The notes beneath the pieces were generated by a model. It did no database searches and was not told the DNA's origin. It worked only from the letters and a program-made list of their open reading frames with translations. Positions 18,388 to 28,001 of a stretch of 64,000 nucleotides of DNA are shown here, piece after piece. Position 1 is the first letter of the stretch, and each line of letters starts with the position of its first letter. The DNA comes from a virus. Position numbers and translations under genes: made by a program. The DNA is taken from the IMG/VR virus record IMGVR_UViG_3300017971_007887, positions 7,523-71,522 of that record; one strand, written 5' to 3'.

Positions 18388-19017
18388 TTACTTCCTCCTG
18401 GCGACTTCCATCTGGGTCCCATGATGCGCACCGTGCATCCACACATGCCACGCGTACTCCCTAGAGTCCGTGCCGCCACCAACAAAAGACGGCCTGGGAG
18501 TTAGACCGATTACTGCGTCGGGCGGGTTCTCGTTGATCCATTGGCTCCTCTCCGGGTTGGTCCACGAGCCCCCTATCCACCAGTCCGCCCTGAGCAAAAA
18601 CGCCGCGGCAGACCCGGGCGCGTGCGAACCCTTGACAAAGCTGACCGCCCGCCACACAAACTCGTGAGATAAACTGAACGGCGGGTTACTGACGTACAGA
18701 ACCCGCTCGTCATCGTTAATCTGTTCGTGCGGCCCTCCCCGATCAAACCAAGGGGGAACGTCTTCCTCCAAATACGCTTCATTCGCTGGAGAAAACTTCG
18801 GATCCCTCTGCAGGTCCAAGAACAGGATGTGTGGTCGGCCCTTGTAAGCTCGTTGGACTCCCAAGCCAATCCTACCATCGCCAGCACCCAAGTCTACCAC
18901 CACACCAGGTCTCGGAAGCGATCTCTCCAGCCGCTTGGCCAAGATATCGATGCACCAGTGCGGGGTCGGGTAGTTGTCACTCGCCCTGCGTTTTTTAGGG
19001 GCTTTCTTGCGCGCCAT
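18388..19017 (-). CDS. DNA amino-methyltransferase (m6A-type)
   Basis: DNYPTP, VDLGAGDG SAM motif, SNPPFS catalytic motif, RPSF..GGTD..EYAW. Confidence 0.85.
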   Translation of the reverse strand: MARKKAPKKRRASDNYPTPHWCIDILAKRLERSLPRPGVVVDLGAGDGRIGLGVQRAYKGRPHILFLDLQRDPKFSPANEAYLEEDVPPWFDRGGPHEQINDDERVLYVSNPPFSLSHEFVWRAVSFVKGSHAPGSAAAFLLRADWWIGGSWTNPERSQWINENPPDAVIGLTPRPSFVGGGTDSREYAWHVWMHGAHHGTQMEVARRK

Positions 19018-19021
19018 ATCT

Positions 19022-20449
19022 CTACCTCACACTCCAATAGGGTGTACGCTCCGGGTTCTGCCGCTCCAAGCCAATATACCGGTAGACCAATTCGTTACCC
19101 ATCATCTCCGGCTTCAATGCACCCTGGAAGTAATGCAACGGACTGCGCTGCGCCGATGGATCATTCCAGATCTCCTCCAGCTTATCGGCCCAGGTGAAAT
19201 GCCGTTTCTTGTAAACATTCAGCGGGCCAGCTCCCATATTACACATAGTGCCCATCAGCGTACCATGTGCCCACTCTGGAACGATATCTTTCAAATGGAT
19301 AACACGATCCTTGTCCTTCTTCGCATCCCGGGCACGGATGAGTGCATTGGTTGCGTTCTCCCGCTCCCAGTTGCCGAACACCGGGTCATCTTCCGGAATA
19401 CCGCAGCAACATCCGTGTTGACTCAACTGCTTCCAGCACGGATCACTGACGCCCACCTGCAAGCCGTTCTCCCTGGCCCGGTCATGGATGGCATGCATGA
19501 TCTGCTCCACCCACAGGTAGCTCGGTCGAAGACAGACCTGTCCCTTGCTCATGGCCATGTACACGTCCTTGAGCGGGACTCCCAACTTCTGCTCCATACC
19601 CTCCCACTTCTTCTTCTGCGGCTTGGTAAACCGCATCGGTACAAACCCACACTCATAGCTGACTGCGTAGGCCCCGGACTCGGTGGCCCGGTCGATCAGC
19701 TCTCGCCATCCATTCGGGTGCCTCGGTGTTGCATCCGTAAGGCCTGGATACATCGGTCGGCAGCGCAGGCTGGTCTTGATGCCAAGCTCCTTCGACAGCA
19801 CCTCCATCGTCCGCAACCTGTCACTCGGTGCCGGTGCTGCTACATCCACCTTGGCCGCAAGCTCGTCGTCGATGGTGTTGATGCTAAAAGCAACCCAGAA
19901 CAAGTGCGGTGCCTTCGCCAACTCTCGCATGTAATCCGATTCCCGTAACAGCGTTCCCTTCGTGCTGATGCGCACCGGCTGGCCATACTGGGTGGCCAAG
20001 CGAATGAAATCCAGGAGCCAACCCTGCTGTCGCTCAATGTTATCACAAGGATCGTTGATACCTCCCAGCTGCACAGGGCACGGGTAACCAGCCTTGTTAC
20101 GTCGATCGTACTTGAGCGCCTTCCGGATGGACTTGCCGAACTTGCCACCTCCCTCACCGGAAAAGATAGCCTCTAACTGTCGCAAGCTCATCTGCCCGAT
20201 AGGCTTCTCCTTGGTCTTGATGTGACCAGCCAACTGCTCACTAAAGCAATAGGAACAGGCATAAGAACAGCAAGAATGCGAATCTATAGTCACCGGTAAT
20301 GCACAATCAAAACCATCCGATGTCAGCCGAATTCCACCATAAGAACGCAACTTGCCTCTCGCGTTGTTACACCTGTCACGTGTTTTGCCTTTGCAAAAAC
20401 CACACTCGTCACAGACAGCACTCCCCATCTGTTGGTAACGTGCACCCAT
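19022..20449 (-). CDS. radical SAM protein (spore-photoproduct-lyase-like)
   Basis: CSYACSYCF (CxxxCxxC), GGINDP, ISTKG, AFSINT.DD..A. Confidence 0.85.
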   Translation of the reverse strand: MGARYQQMGSAVCDECGFCKGKTRDRCNNARGKLRSYGGIRLTSDGFDCALPVTIDSHSCCSYACSYCFSEQLAGHIKTKEKPIGQMSLRQLEAIFSGEGGGKFGKSIRKALKYDRRNKAGYPCPVQLGGINDPCDNIERQQGWLLDFIRLATQYGQPVRISTKGTLLRESDYMRELAKAPHLFWVAFSINTIDDELAAKVDVAAPAPSDRLRTMEVLSKELGIKTSLRCRPMYPGLTDATPRHPNGWRELIDRATESGAYAVSYECGFVPMRFTKPQKKKWEGMEQKLGVPLKDVYMAMSKGQVCLRPSYLWVEQIMHAIHDRARENGLQVGVSDPCWKQLSQHGCCCGIPEDDPVFGNWERENATNALIRARDAKKDKDRVIHLKDIVPEWAHGTLMGTMCNMGAGPLNVYKKRHFTWADKLEEIWNDPSAQRSPLHYFQGALKPEMMGNELVYRYIGLERQNPERTPYWSVR

Positions 20450-20459
20450 CACACCACCC

Positions 20460-21107
20460 TCACTTCTTCCAACTGCGCAACATCTTGGCAAAGTCCTCTG
20501 CCTTGATTTCGTGTTCGGTGCGCATGCTACCAGCTAGTAACTCCTGCAACTCCGCGAACAGGTCATCCTTGCCGTAAAACTCCACGAAGAACCAGTTCCC
20601 ATCACCCTTCGCCGGGATAGCCGGTACATCGCTACCATCCAACTCGGGCTTCTTGAAATCGTTCAGCTTATCGAAATCCACCCGGTGCATAAGCGCATCC
20701 AAACGCACCTCGGAAAACAACTCGTTTTCCACCTTGATGGTCTTCAGTTCCTCCAACAACGACGGCAACCTCTCAGACCAACCGCCTTGGATCTCCGGGT
20801 TGTTTAGCGTGACGTTCAGCATCTTCTCATGATCCTCATCCAGATCCACCACCGACACGTCCACCTCATCAACACCCTGACGAGCCAGCACCTTCAACCG
20901 CTGATGGCCGGCCACCAGCCTACTGGTGCGTTTATTCCACACCATCGGCTCCACCAAACCAAACTCCTCCACGCTCCTGCTCAGCCCAGCCAATTCATCC
21001 TCGGTAATCGTACGCGGGTTATAATCGGCCGGTGTCAGGTCCTCCAGCTTCATGCGCTTGACCTTCAACGCGGCAACCTTCCTATCAGCTTTCTTCCTCG
21101 CCACCAT
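20460..21107 (-). CDS. ParB/Srx-like N-terminal domain protein
   Basis: PADYNPR, FGLVEPMVWN, LVAGHQRL. Confidence 0.85.
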   Translation of the reverse strand: MVARKKADRKVAALKVKRMKLEDLTPADYNPRTITEDELAGLSRSVEEFGLVEPMVWNKRTSRLVAGHQRLKVLARQGVDEVDVSVVDLDEDHEKMLNVTLNNPEIQGGWSERLPSLLEELKTIKVENELFSEVRLDALMHRVDFDKLNDFKKPELDGSDVPAIPAKGDGNWFFVEFYGKDDLFAELQELLAGSMRTEHEIKAEDFAKMLRSWKK

Positions 21108-21351
21108 TGTCTCCTTTCATTCCCAGGCACCTGCCCACGTACAACTTGGGCTCACCCTTGACCCAGATAACCTGGATCTCCCAGCCGCCCGCGTGCAGCT
21201 GCGTCATTGCAGCACCGGGTCCCCGGCTGTCCAGGGTCTGGCCCACCTGGGCCGCGAACCTCTCCGGTACCCGGTGGGCCACCAACAGGTCCCTGCATTG
21301 GTCTCCGTTGATCTTCCTGTACACCTTCACCCTTCCCATCACAACCTCCAC
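21085..21351 (-). CDS. hypothetical protein
   Basis: Compact ORF filling the operon gap. Confidence 0.45.
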   Translation of the reverse strand: MEVVMGRVKVYRKINGDQCRDLLVAHRVPERFAAQVGQTLDSRGPGAAMTQLHAGGWEIQVIWVKGEPKLYVGRCLGMKGDNGGEEES

Positions 21352-21434
21352 CCCTCTTCAAAAAATGCGGTCCCCGCATTCGACTCCACGGGGGGATTGG
21401 TATGAAATCTCACACGAGGACCGCTACCGATTTA

Positions 21435-21890
21435 CTACCTGTTCCTGACCGCCCAGTCGTACGGCAGGCTGTCCCACGGGCACCTCTCCTCATCGGGATC
21501 CGAATGATCATGAGGCACGTCCGGCATATTTAGAACCAGGGCCTCGCTGTCGCCCACGTTCTGGAACCCGTGCCACACTCCCGGGGGGAACATCACCGTG
21601 CACGGCGCCTCGTCACCGATGAAGAACTCCTTGGCACCCTCCTCCTCGGTGTACAACACCAGCTTGATCCTGCCACTGACACAGCAAATCCTGTCGGTCT
21701 GCTTCTGGTGGCGGTGCCACGCCTTGACCACACCGGGTCTTATCGTGGTGCAGTATAGCTGCCCGAACGGATGCTCGTCGTTGAAGAACTCCGGCTCGTC
21801 TCCGCGCAGGATCTCCATCAACCACCCTCGGTCGTCAAGATGCTTGGTCAGGTGCCGGACACCCACCACGTTCTTGGTTCTAGCCATCAC
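21435..21890 (-). CDS. rmlC: dTDP-4-dehydrorhamnose 3,5-epimerase-like cupin
   Basis: DDRGWLMEI, PGVVKAWHRH..Q, PPGVWHGF. Confidence 0.8.
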   Translation of the reverse strand: MMARTKNVVGVRHLTKHLDDRGWLMEILRGDEPEFFNDEHPFGQLYCTTIRPGVVKAWHRHQKQTDRICCVSGRIKLVLYTEEEGAKEFFIGDEAPCTVMFPPGVWHGFQNVGDSEALVLNMPDVPHDHSDPDEERCPWDSLPYDWAVRNR

Positions 21891-22393
21891 TGAATCAGAC
21901 CTCCGCCGGAGTTGGTGTCCTCGGTGCTACACGAGGACTTGTGGTACTTGGCCTGCAGGTCAGGGTCAGACAGCAACTCGTAATCCAACTCGACCTCGGA
22001 CTCGCAGGTCACACCCAGTACATCCTCCTCCTTGAGCCAGTAGAACGACGGCACCTTGTCGGTAAAATGAGGAGCCACCGGCTGTGGACTCTGATCCATG
22101 GTGGCGCCCTGTCTCCAGAACACATACTGCTTCTTGCCATCCTTCACAGGTTGGATCTCGCAGCCCTCACCGGACTTCAGAACCTGGGCACACAACGGTA
22201 GGTATTTGTACTTATACCCATCGGGAATCTTGATCAGGCCACGCTGCTCCATCTCCTGGGGAGCGCCAGGTCGCCAGATCAACAGCCAGCCCGGTCTGGG
22301 AACCAGCTTATCCACATCCAGCTCAGGATTGTGCCTGGCGTTGAACTGCTCGATGGCTTCGCCGCCCTGCTTCTTGTACGGTGCGTAGGTCAT
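21887..22393 (-). CDS. GroES/cpn10-like co-chaperonin
   Basis: LVPRPGWLLI...GLIKIP...AQVLKSGEG...YWLKEEDVLGV follows the cpn10 pattern. Confidence 0.65.
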   Translation of the reverse strand: MTYAPYKKQGGEAIEQFNARHNPELDVDKLVPRPGWLLIWRPGAPQEMEQRGLIKIPDGYKYKYLPLCAQVLKSGEGCEIQPVKDGKKQYVFWRQGATMDQSPQPVAPHFTDKVPSFYWLKEEDVLGVTCESEVELDYELLSDPDLQAKYHKSSCSTEDTNSGGGLIQ

Positions 22394-22794
22394 CTCTCCT
22401 CCCTCTCCTTCTCCAGGTTCGCCTGGATGTCGTTTGCCAGCTCGTCCAGTCCGTCGCGCCTGCACCAGCCAACCACCATCTCCTTCTCCTTATCGGTCAG
22501 CTCCACGTTGCGCCGGCTCCACATATGCGCGTCCTCCAGGCGCTCCAGCTCCAACTGCAGGATATCCTCCGGTGGGATCTCCCCGTCCTGGACACGCATG
22601 ACCTTCTTGGCCACCCCGGTCACGAAGTCCACAGTGCCGGGCGGCAGGTTGTTGGCCTCAATGGCGGCCTCCACACTCTTCTGGTCCAGCTCCGTCAGCA
22701 GGTACTGGCACCGCAGGAACCTCCGCTGCGGTGGCGTCAGGTCCTGGTGGGTGAGAACCTGCCCGTCACCCAGTTGCACTTTGGTTGTCGTCAT
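22390..22794 (-). CDS. hypothetical protein
   Basis: Strong SD (AGGAGAGGGAG) just after a palindrome copy. Confidence 0.6.
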   Translation of the reverse strand: MTTTKVQLGDGQVLTHQDLTPPQRRFLRCQYLLTELDQKSVEAAIEANNLPPGTVDFVTGVAKKVMRVQDGEIPPEDILQLELERLEDAHMWSRRNVELTDKEKEMVVGWCRRDGLDELANDIQANLEKEREER

Positions 22795-22806
22795 CTCCCT
22801 CTCCTG

Positions 22807-22821
22807 TTAAACAGTGTTTAA
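22807..22821. promoter_or_regulatory. palindrome copy 2
   Basis: TTAAACAGTGTTTAA; intergenic, abuts the SD. Confidence 0.8.
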
Positions 22822-22824
22822 TAA

Positions 22825-23868
22825 TCACTCCACCCTCCGGTACCCCAGAAAGTCCCTGCGGTACCGCGGGCTGGTCTTCACCCACAACCCGGCCCCCGCG
22901 AGCCGAGCCCAGTTCTCGTCCATCAGCCTGCGACCGCCGCACATCCCCGCCACGCAGTTCTCGTGGGACGTGAGAGTGCCGTCCGACCTGCCAACAACAA
23001 ACGGACCGAGGTAGAACATCACGTGCCTCACCTTTCGCCAGGTCTTGCCATAAAACACCAGGTCGCAGACCCTGGGGTTCCTGGCGTGCCGGAAATGCCT
23101 GGCCAGCTCCTGGGCCGTCATGTCCCCGAAGTTTCCGGGCAACACCTTGAACTTCTTGAGCACCTCCATGACCAGACCGCTGCAGTCCGCCCTGCCCTGG
23201 TCCACCTGCTGGCCCGCCCAGTGGTACCAGACCTGCCCGGTGTTCTCCAGAAGCCACTCCTTGGCGTCGCTCCTCCACTGGTCACCGCCTGCCATGATCC
23301 GCCTCCTCCTGATGCGCAGCCCCTTCCTGCTCAGCGCCTCGTCCAGCATGGCCACCACGTCCGGGTGACCTCCCCTCTCCAGCTTCCCTCTGGCTCCACC
23401 CAGCACCTGGGTCGTCCACGGCCTCCACCGGATCCCGAAATGCCTGCCGATGTCCCGCGATGTCTGCCTGTCCACCACGAACATCATCAGCACCAGGGTC
23501 TCCCGCCTTGTGAGCGGAAGCATTCCGGTGTACAGCTTGCGGACGGCCGCCAGGTGCCGAGCGAAAAAACGAGCCACCCCTATGGCCCGGTTCAACTCTT
23601 TCGTCGCATGCCACGGCCGGCCCTTGGGGCAGTTCAAACCCATAATCTCGGCCACGTCCGTGGGACCCTTCCCCTCCCGCACCAGCCAGAGCAACTGTCG
23701 CTCCTCCGGCCACATCATCATCATGACCTCGCGCAGGTCCTCCCATGTCAGTCTCCCGCCATCTGAATCCTCGACAGCCGGGAACTCGTCGATCTCCCAG
23801 CCGTATGCGATGGGGACCTTGCGCTCCCTGCCTGCGCCCTTCGTCCACGTGCGTCGCTCGTACCGCAT
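22825..23868 (-). CDS. tandem sigma-region-4-like HTH fused in frame to NlpC/P60 peptidase (internal start 23295)
   Basis: EERQLL..GKGPTDVAEIMG and LTRRETLVL..TSRDIGRHFG; then YHWAGQ..ADCSGLV..DLVFYG..HVMFY. Confidence 0.7.
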   Translation of the reverse strand: MRYERRTWTKGAGRERKVPIAYGWEIDEFPAVEDSDGGRLTWEDLREVMMMMWPEERQLLWLVREGKGPTDVAEIMGLNCPKGRPWHATKELNRAIGVARFFARHLAAVRKLYTGMLPLTRRETLVLMMFVVDRQTSRDIGRHFGIRWRPWTTQVLGGARGKLERGGHPDVVAMLDEALSRKGLRIRRRRIMAGGDQWRSDAKEWLLENTGQVWYHWAGQQVDQGRADCSGLVMEVLKKFKVLPGNFGDMTAQELARHFRHARNPRVCDLVFYGKTWRKVRHVMFYLGPFVVGRSDGTLTSHENCVAGMCGGRRLMDENWARLAGAGLWVKTSPRYRRDFLGYRRVE

Positions 23869-24377
23869 GGTCGCAGGTGATCATAGGGAACTACTTTTAC
23901 CTTCAGAACGTCCATCACCCAGATCGCCACCCTCGCGAAGTAGCCTTCGGCGAGGAGGTGGCCCATATACACAGCCTCCAACCCAGCGAACGGTGACCTG
24001 GCATCCGGACGAAACTCCACTCCCTGGCCCACCGACAGGCAGTGCTCGACGTGGTACCGCTCGAAGCGAACCTCGGCGTTGGTCCTTTCCACCTCCGCCT
24101 CCGTCAGTGGGCAGTAGCTCCTTCCCCTTCTCAGCACACGCGCACCCGTCGCGTCTTCGATCACAACAGGGCCGAACGGGCACTTGGCCAGCAGGTACCC
24201 CGGATACAACTCCTCCAGAACCTCCGCCCAGGCACCGTCCCTGAGTATCCTCACAACCCTTGCGGGTCTCCACAGATCCACCATCCTGCATTTGCCTCTC
24301 CTCTCCCACTGGTGCAACACAAGGTCTATGTCCTCCACCTCCAGGACATACCACCGCCTGTCAACTCTCCTGCGCAT
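23748..24377 (-). CDS. NusG/RfaH-family transcription elongation factor
   Basis: RWYVLEV, LYPGYLL (NGN domain), VGQGVEF..SPFAGLEA (KOW). Confidence 0.8.
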   Translation of the reverse strand: MRRRVDRRWYVLEVEDIDLVLHQWERRGKCRMVDLWRPARVVRILRDGAWAEVLEELYPGYLLAKCPFGPVVIEDATGARVLRRGRSYCPLTEAEVERTNAEVRFERYHVEHCLSVGQGVEFRPDARSPFAGLEAVYMGHLLAEGYFARVAIWVMDVLKVKVVPYDHLRPCGTSDARGRRAQAGSARSPSHTAGRSTSSRLSRIQMAGD

Positions 24378-24930
24378 TGGCCGCCCTGAGCCGGTCGATT
24401 ATCTGGCAACGCTCCTTGGTCTCCTTCCACTCCAAAAAAATGGTGTGCATCGCCATGCGAGCCAGCCCATACGAGTCCACTTGATTGTTGTCGACCAGCA
24501 CATCGTCGCCGACCCCCCACGACTTGTACGTGTGGTGCAGCATTACCTCTTTCTTTGCGTTACCCTTTCCGGTGACGTACTTCTTCAGTGTCTTTGGCGG
24601 CACCACCTGGAACAGGCACCTGTTCTCGCGCAGCAGCCTCCTCACCTGGCCGCCGATCTCGCCAAGCTGGTGTGCCTGGTGACCCTTGGCGAACGCGTAC
24701 CCCTCCAGAAACACCATGTCAGGATCCATCCGCTGGATCGACATCTCCACCTGAGTCGCCAGATAAATCAGCCGGTCCACCCGATCCCCCGTGTCCTGGT
24801 ACACAGGATTGAACTTGATGATGTTGCAGTTGGCGTCCATGTAACAAATCGAAAATCCCACAAGTGATGGATCAATACCAGCTGCCACAACGGTATCATC
24901 AAACTTCGGAGGTGCCTTCTTGCGCGCCAT
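24361..24930 (-). CDS. ruvC: RuvC-like Holliday junction resolvase
   Basis: GIDPS, FLEGY, LKKYVTGKGNAKKE, NNQVDSYGLA. Confidence 0.85.
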   Translation of the reverse strand: MARKKAPPKFDDTVVAAGIDPSLVGFSICYMDANCNIIKFNPVYQDTGDRVDRLIYLATQVEMSIQRMDPDMVFLEGYAFAKGHQAHQLGEIGGQVRRLLRENRCLFQVVPPKTLKKYVTGKGNAKKEVMLHHTYKSWGVGDDVLVDNNQVDSYGLARMAMHTIFLEWKETKERCQIIDRLRAANAQES

Positions 24931-24933
24931 TGG

Positions 24934-27294
24934 TCACTCCCACCCGACAGTCGAATGGGTGCCCCTGCGGGTTATAACAATATTGCGGTCCAAAGCCTCC
25001 GCGACCTCCTGCCTATGACTGACATCGAACACTTGACGGAAGCCAATGCTATTCAAACCGCGCAGCATTGTCAAGTACGTTCTCAGGTTTTCTTGGTCGA
25101 GCGACGCGCATGCCTCATCGATGGCCAACAGGGGCGCACCCAGCATCTTTGCGACGGCGATTCTCATGGCGATAGCCAGCAGTGCCTTGCCCCCGCCGCT
25201 GTCCTGATCGAACGATAGCTCCCTGGCCCCCTCCACCACACGGACGGTCATCTGGTTGGACTTCTTCCTCCCCCTCTTCTCCCCACATCCGCCGCAGTGC
25301 TTCTCGCCCTTGTCGAACGGTCGGCCGCAACCGTGGCACACGTCGGCCATCGTCCTCAGCTCGGTCTCGAAGCCGAACGACAACCGGTGGTCAGTGCCGA
25401 TCCGGGCCAGTATCGAGTTGGCCTGGGCCTCCAACTCCCGCACACCATTCTCGATCTGCATGTTGGGGATCCCTTGACGGCCTACCATCAGGCGCACGTA
25501 CCGCAGCAGAACCAGCTCCCGCTCCACCTTGCCTATCTCCTCCTCCACCCGCTCGACCGCGACCAGCGCCCTTCCCCGTATCTCCTCGCTGGCCTGCATG
25601 GACGCCAACTGACTGCGGAGGCCGCTCACCACTGCTCTGGTGACCGTGTTACCGCTCTCCAGAAGACGATTCCTGTGGGCCACCAGATCACCGACATCCT
25701 CCGGGTCGTGCTGATCCAAAAACTCCTGGGCCCTGGCCCTCTCCCGCTCCGCGTCCTCCAACACCTGCCACCTCTTGTCCACCTCGGCCTTCCTCGCGCT
25801 CAAATTCTGAAGCTGGGACTCCATATCAACCAGGGCCATCTGGTGCTTGTCGATTCTCTTCTGAATTCTGCCGGAGCTCTTGTTGATATCCTTGGTCCTG
25901 GGGCACTTGCCACTGTCCACCGGGCACACACCATCGAAGCTGCGCAGCTGTTCCCGGGCCTGCCGAATTGCACTGGTCTCAGCCCCAATCTTCATGTTGA
26001 CCTTGTCCATCTCTGCGGAAACCTCCGCTAGCTCGGTAGTGACCCTCTTCAGATCGCTGCCGACCGACTGACTCCCCTCCAATTCCACGCGCGCGGCAGC
26101 CACCCTCTTGGCCACCCCAATCCGCTCCTCGACACTGTGTAACTCCCGCTCCAGCTGAACCTGCCCGTCTATCGCCTCCTCGGCCTCTTGCAGTTCCTTG
26201 CGGGCCCTATCCATCTCCTCGGCATCCACCAGGTTGTCCTCGGCCTGCTGGCTGGACTGCTCAAGCTGAACCTGCAAGCGGTCCAGAAGCCTCTCGTGAT
26301 CCGCCTGCTCCGCTGAAACCTGCACCTCCACCTGGCCCCACACCTCCACGCCGAACCACCTGACCATGTCCTTCTGGATCTCCGCATTGGTCCGCCCCAA
26401 TAGCCCGTGCAGGTCGTCCTGCCTCACAAAGCAGGTGCGGACGAAGTCCTCCAGACCCAGACCAACCACTTTATCCTGAATGTGTCGGTCCGCCTCGCGC
26501 ACCCCGTACCTACGGCCGTTGATTATCACGGAGGACGAGTTGCCCTTCACCACCCGGTCTATCCTGACATTCTCCCCTCTATGGTCGACCAACTCGACGA
26601 AGACGCACAGGCTATCCTCACCCTGGTGAATGTACTGGTCCACCGACCTGACCTTCCTCGCAACACCGAACAGGGCGAACAGCAGCACCTCCAGGAACGC
26701 GCTCTTGCCCGCCCTGTTGGACCTGGTGATCTGCCCCTCGTACCTGCCATGCACTGCGAACACCCCCTCGTCGATCCCGTGCACCGCGAACTCGCCCTTG
26801 AACGGCTGGAAATTCTTGCCCCCAATCGCCTTGATCGTGAACGGCAAGAACTGCTCGGCTTGCCGGCCCTTTACATTGATCAGCAAACCGTCCAGTTTCC
26901 GTCGTACCTCATTCACATCGACACCGGCAGGAGCCCGCTCCTTGAGCCACATGTCGATTGCCTCCACCGGCTTGGTCCTTGCGGTCAGCTCCGGCATCCG
27001 CGCCTCGCTGGTCCCCACCACAACCATCTCGGGCCGGAACACGTGGTACGCACCGTTCTTCCTGCACCAGTCAGTCATGACATTCACCTGTGCATTGGCA
27101 ATCTCCTCATCCCCTCGATGGTGGCGCATCCTGATCTTAACCAGGGCGTCCTCAGGGGAATCCTGTAACTTCACATCCATGGAGTCTGGATCATCCGCCA
27201 TGTCCATGTCGATCTGAATCATGAGTCTTCGCGGTAGTTCCACGAACTTTCCCTTGAGGCCACTAAGCACATCCACCGCCCGCTTGCGTGCCAT
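24934..27294 (-). CDS. SbcC/Rad50-like ATPase with SbcD-like N-terminal extension
   Basis: SNRAGKS Walker A, FVRQ Q-loop, coiled coil with CPVD..CP, DSGGG signature, AIDE, SH. Confidence 0.85.
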   Translation of the reverse strand: MARKRAVDVLSGLKGKFVELPRRLMIQIDMDMADDPDSMDVKLQDSPEDALVKIRMRHHRGDEEIANAQVNVMTDWCRKNGAYHVFRPEMVVVGTSEARMPELTARTKPVEAIDMWLKERAPAGVDVNEVRRKLDGLLINVKGRQAEQFLPFTIKAIGGKNFQPFKGEFAVHGIDEGVFAVHGRYEGQITRSNRAGKSAFLEVLLFALFGVARKVRSVDQYIHQGEDSLCVFVELVDHRGENVRIDRVVKGNSSSVIINGRRYGVREADRHIQDKVVGLGLEDFVRTCFVRQDDLHGLLGRTNAEIQKDMVRWFGVEVWGQVEVQVSAEQADHERLLDRLQVQLEQSSQQAEDNLVDAEEMDRARKELQEAEEAIDGQVQLERELHSVEERIGVAKRVAAARVELEGSQSVGSDLKRVTTELAEVSAEMDKVNMKIGAETSAIRQAREQLRSFDGVCPVDSGKCPRTKDINKSSGRIQKRIDKHQMALVDMESQLQNLSARKAEVDKRWQVLEDAERERARAQEFLDQHDPEDVGDLVAHRNRLLESGNTVTRAVVSGLRSQLASMQASEEIRGRALVAVERVEEEIGKVERELVLLRYVRLMVGRQGIPNMQIENGVRELEAQANSILARIGTDHRLSFGFETELRTMADVCHGCGRPFDKGEKHCGGCGEKRGRKKSNQMTVRVVEGARELSFDQDSGGGKALLAIAMRIAVAKMLGAPLLAIDEACASLDQENLRTYLTMLRGLNSIGFRQVFDVSHRQEVAEALDRNIVITRRGTHSTVGWE

Positions 27295-27296
27295 CC

Positions 27297-28001
27297 TTAC
27301 ACCTCCATCACGTAGCAGTACCCGTGCAGCTGCTTCCGCTCACCAAAGTCCACCGCCACAGGGCTGCCGGGCATCACAATGTTCGGGTGCATCCGCTGCC
27401 GCTTGTGGATGTGCCCGTTGACCACGTCACACGGCAGCTTCCTGGCGACATCCAATGGCATCTGCAACCGGCCACCCCTGAGCATGAAGCCTTCATCGCC
27501 CACCTTGGCACCGTCCACATCCAGGTGACAGAACGCAGCCGTCACCCCCCTCTGCCTGGCCTGCTCGAACCCGGAATCGACAGCCTCCTGCGGATGCAAA
27601 GACTCATCCGGTGTCATACCAACCATCGGTAGCACCAAGTACGGGCAGAACAGCAGGGGGATCCCATCGAACGATTGAATCACCGGCGCCCTTATGATCT
27701 CCACCGGCGGGTCAAACCGCAGCTTGTCAAACGGCTGCAATGCGTCCCCCTTCATGCTCACCTCGTGGTTGCCGGTGATCCACGCGACCGGACAACCCAT
27801 CTCCTGGATGTGCTCAAACACAGTGGCGTACTCCCTAGGTCCAGGCCGCGGGGAATGGAACACGTCCCCTCCCAGTACCACCAGGTCCACGGTGCGACTC
27901 TTGTCCACCACCGTCTTGAACGCACGGACAATCTCATCGTGCCGGTCCAGGCCCTGGTGGACCAGGCCAAAATGGAAATCACTGGCGAACAAGATCTTCA
28001 C
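27297..28001 (-). CDS. SbcD/Mre11-like metallophosphoesterase
   Basis: SDFH, GGDVF, GNHE, GHIH, PGSP..DFGE. Confidence 0.9.
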   Translation of the reverse strand: MKILFASDFHFGLVHQGLDRHDEIVRAFKTVVDKSRTVDLVVLGGDVFHSPRPGPREYATVFEHIQEMGCPVAWITGNHEVSMKGDALQPFDKLRFDPPVEIIRAPVIQSFDGIPLLFCPYLVLPMVGMTPDESLHPQEAVDSGFEQARQRGVTAAFCHLDVDGAKVGDEGFMLRGGRLQMPLDVARKLPCDVVNGHIHKRQRMHPNIVMPGSPVAVDFGERKQLHGYCYVMEV

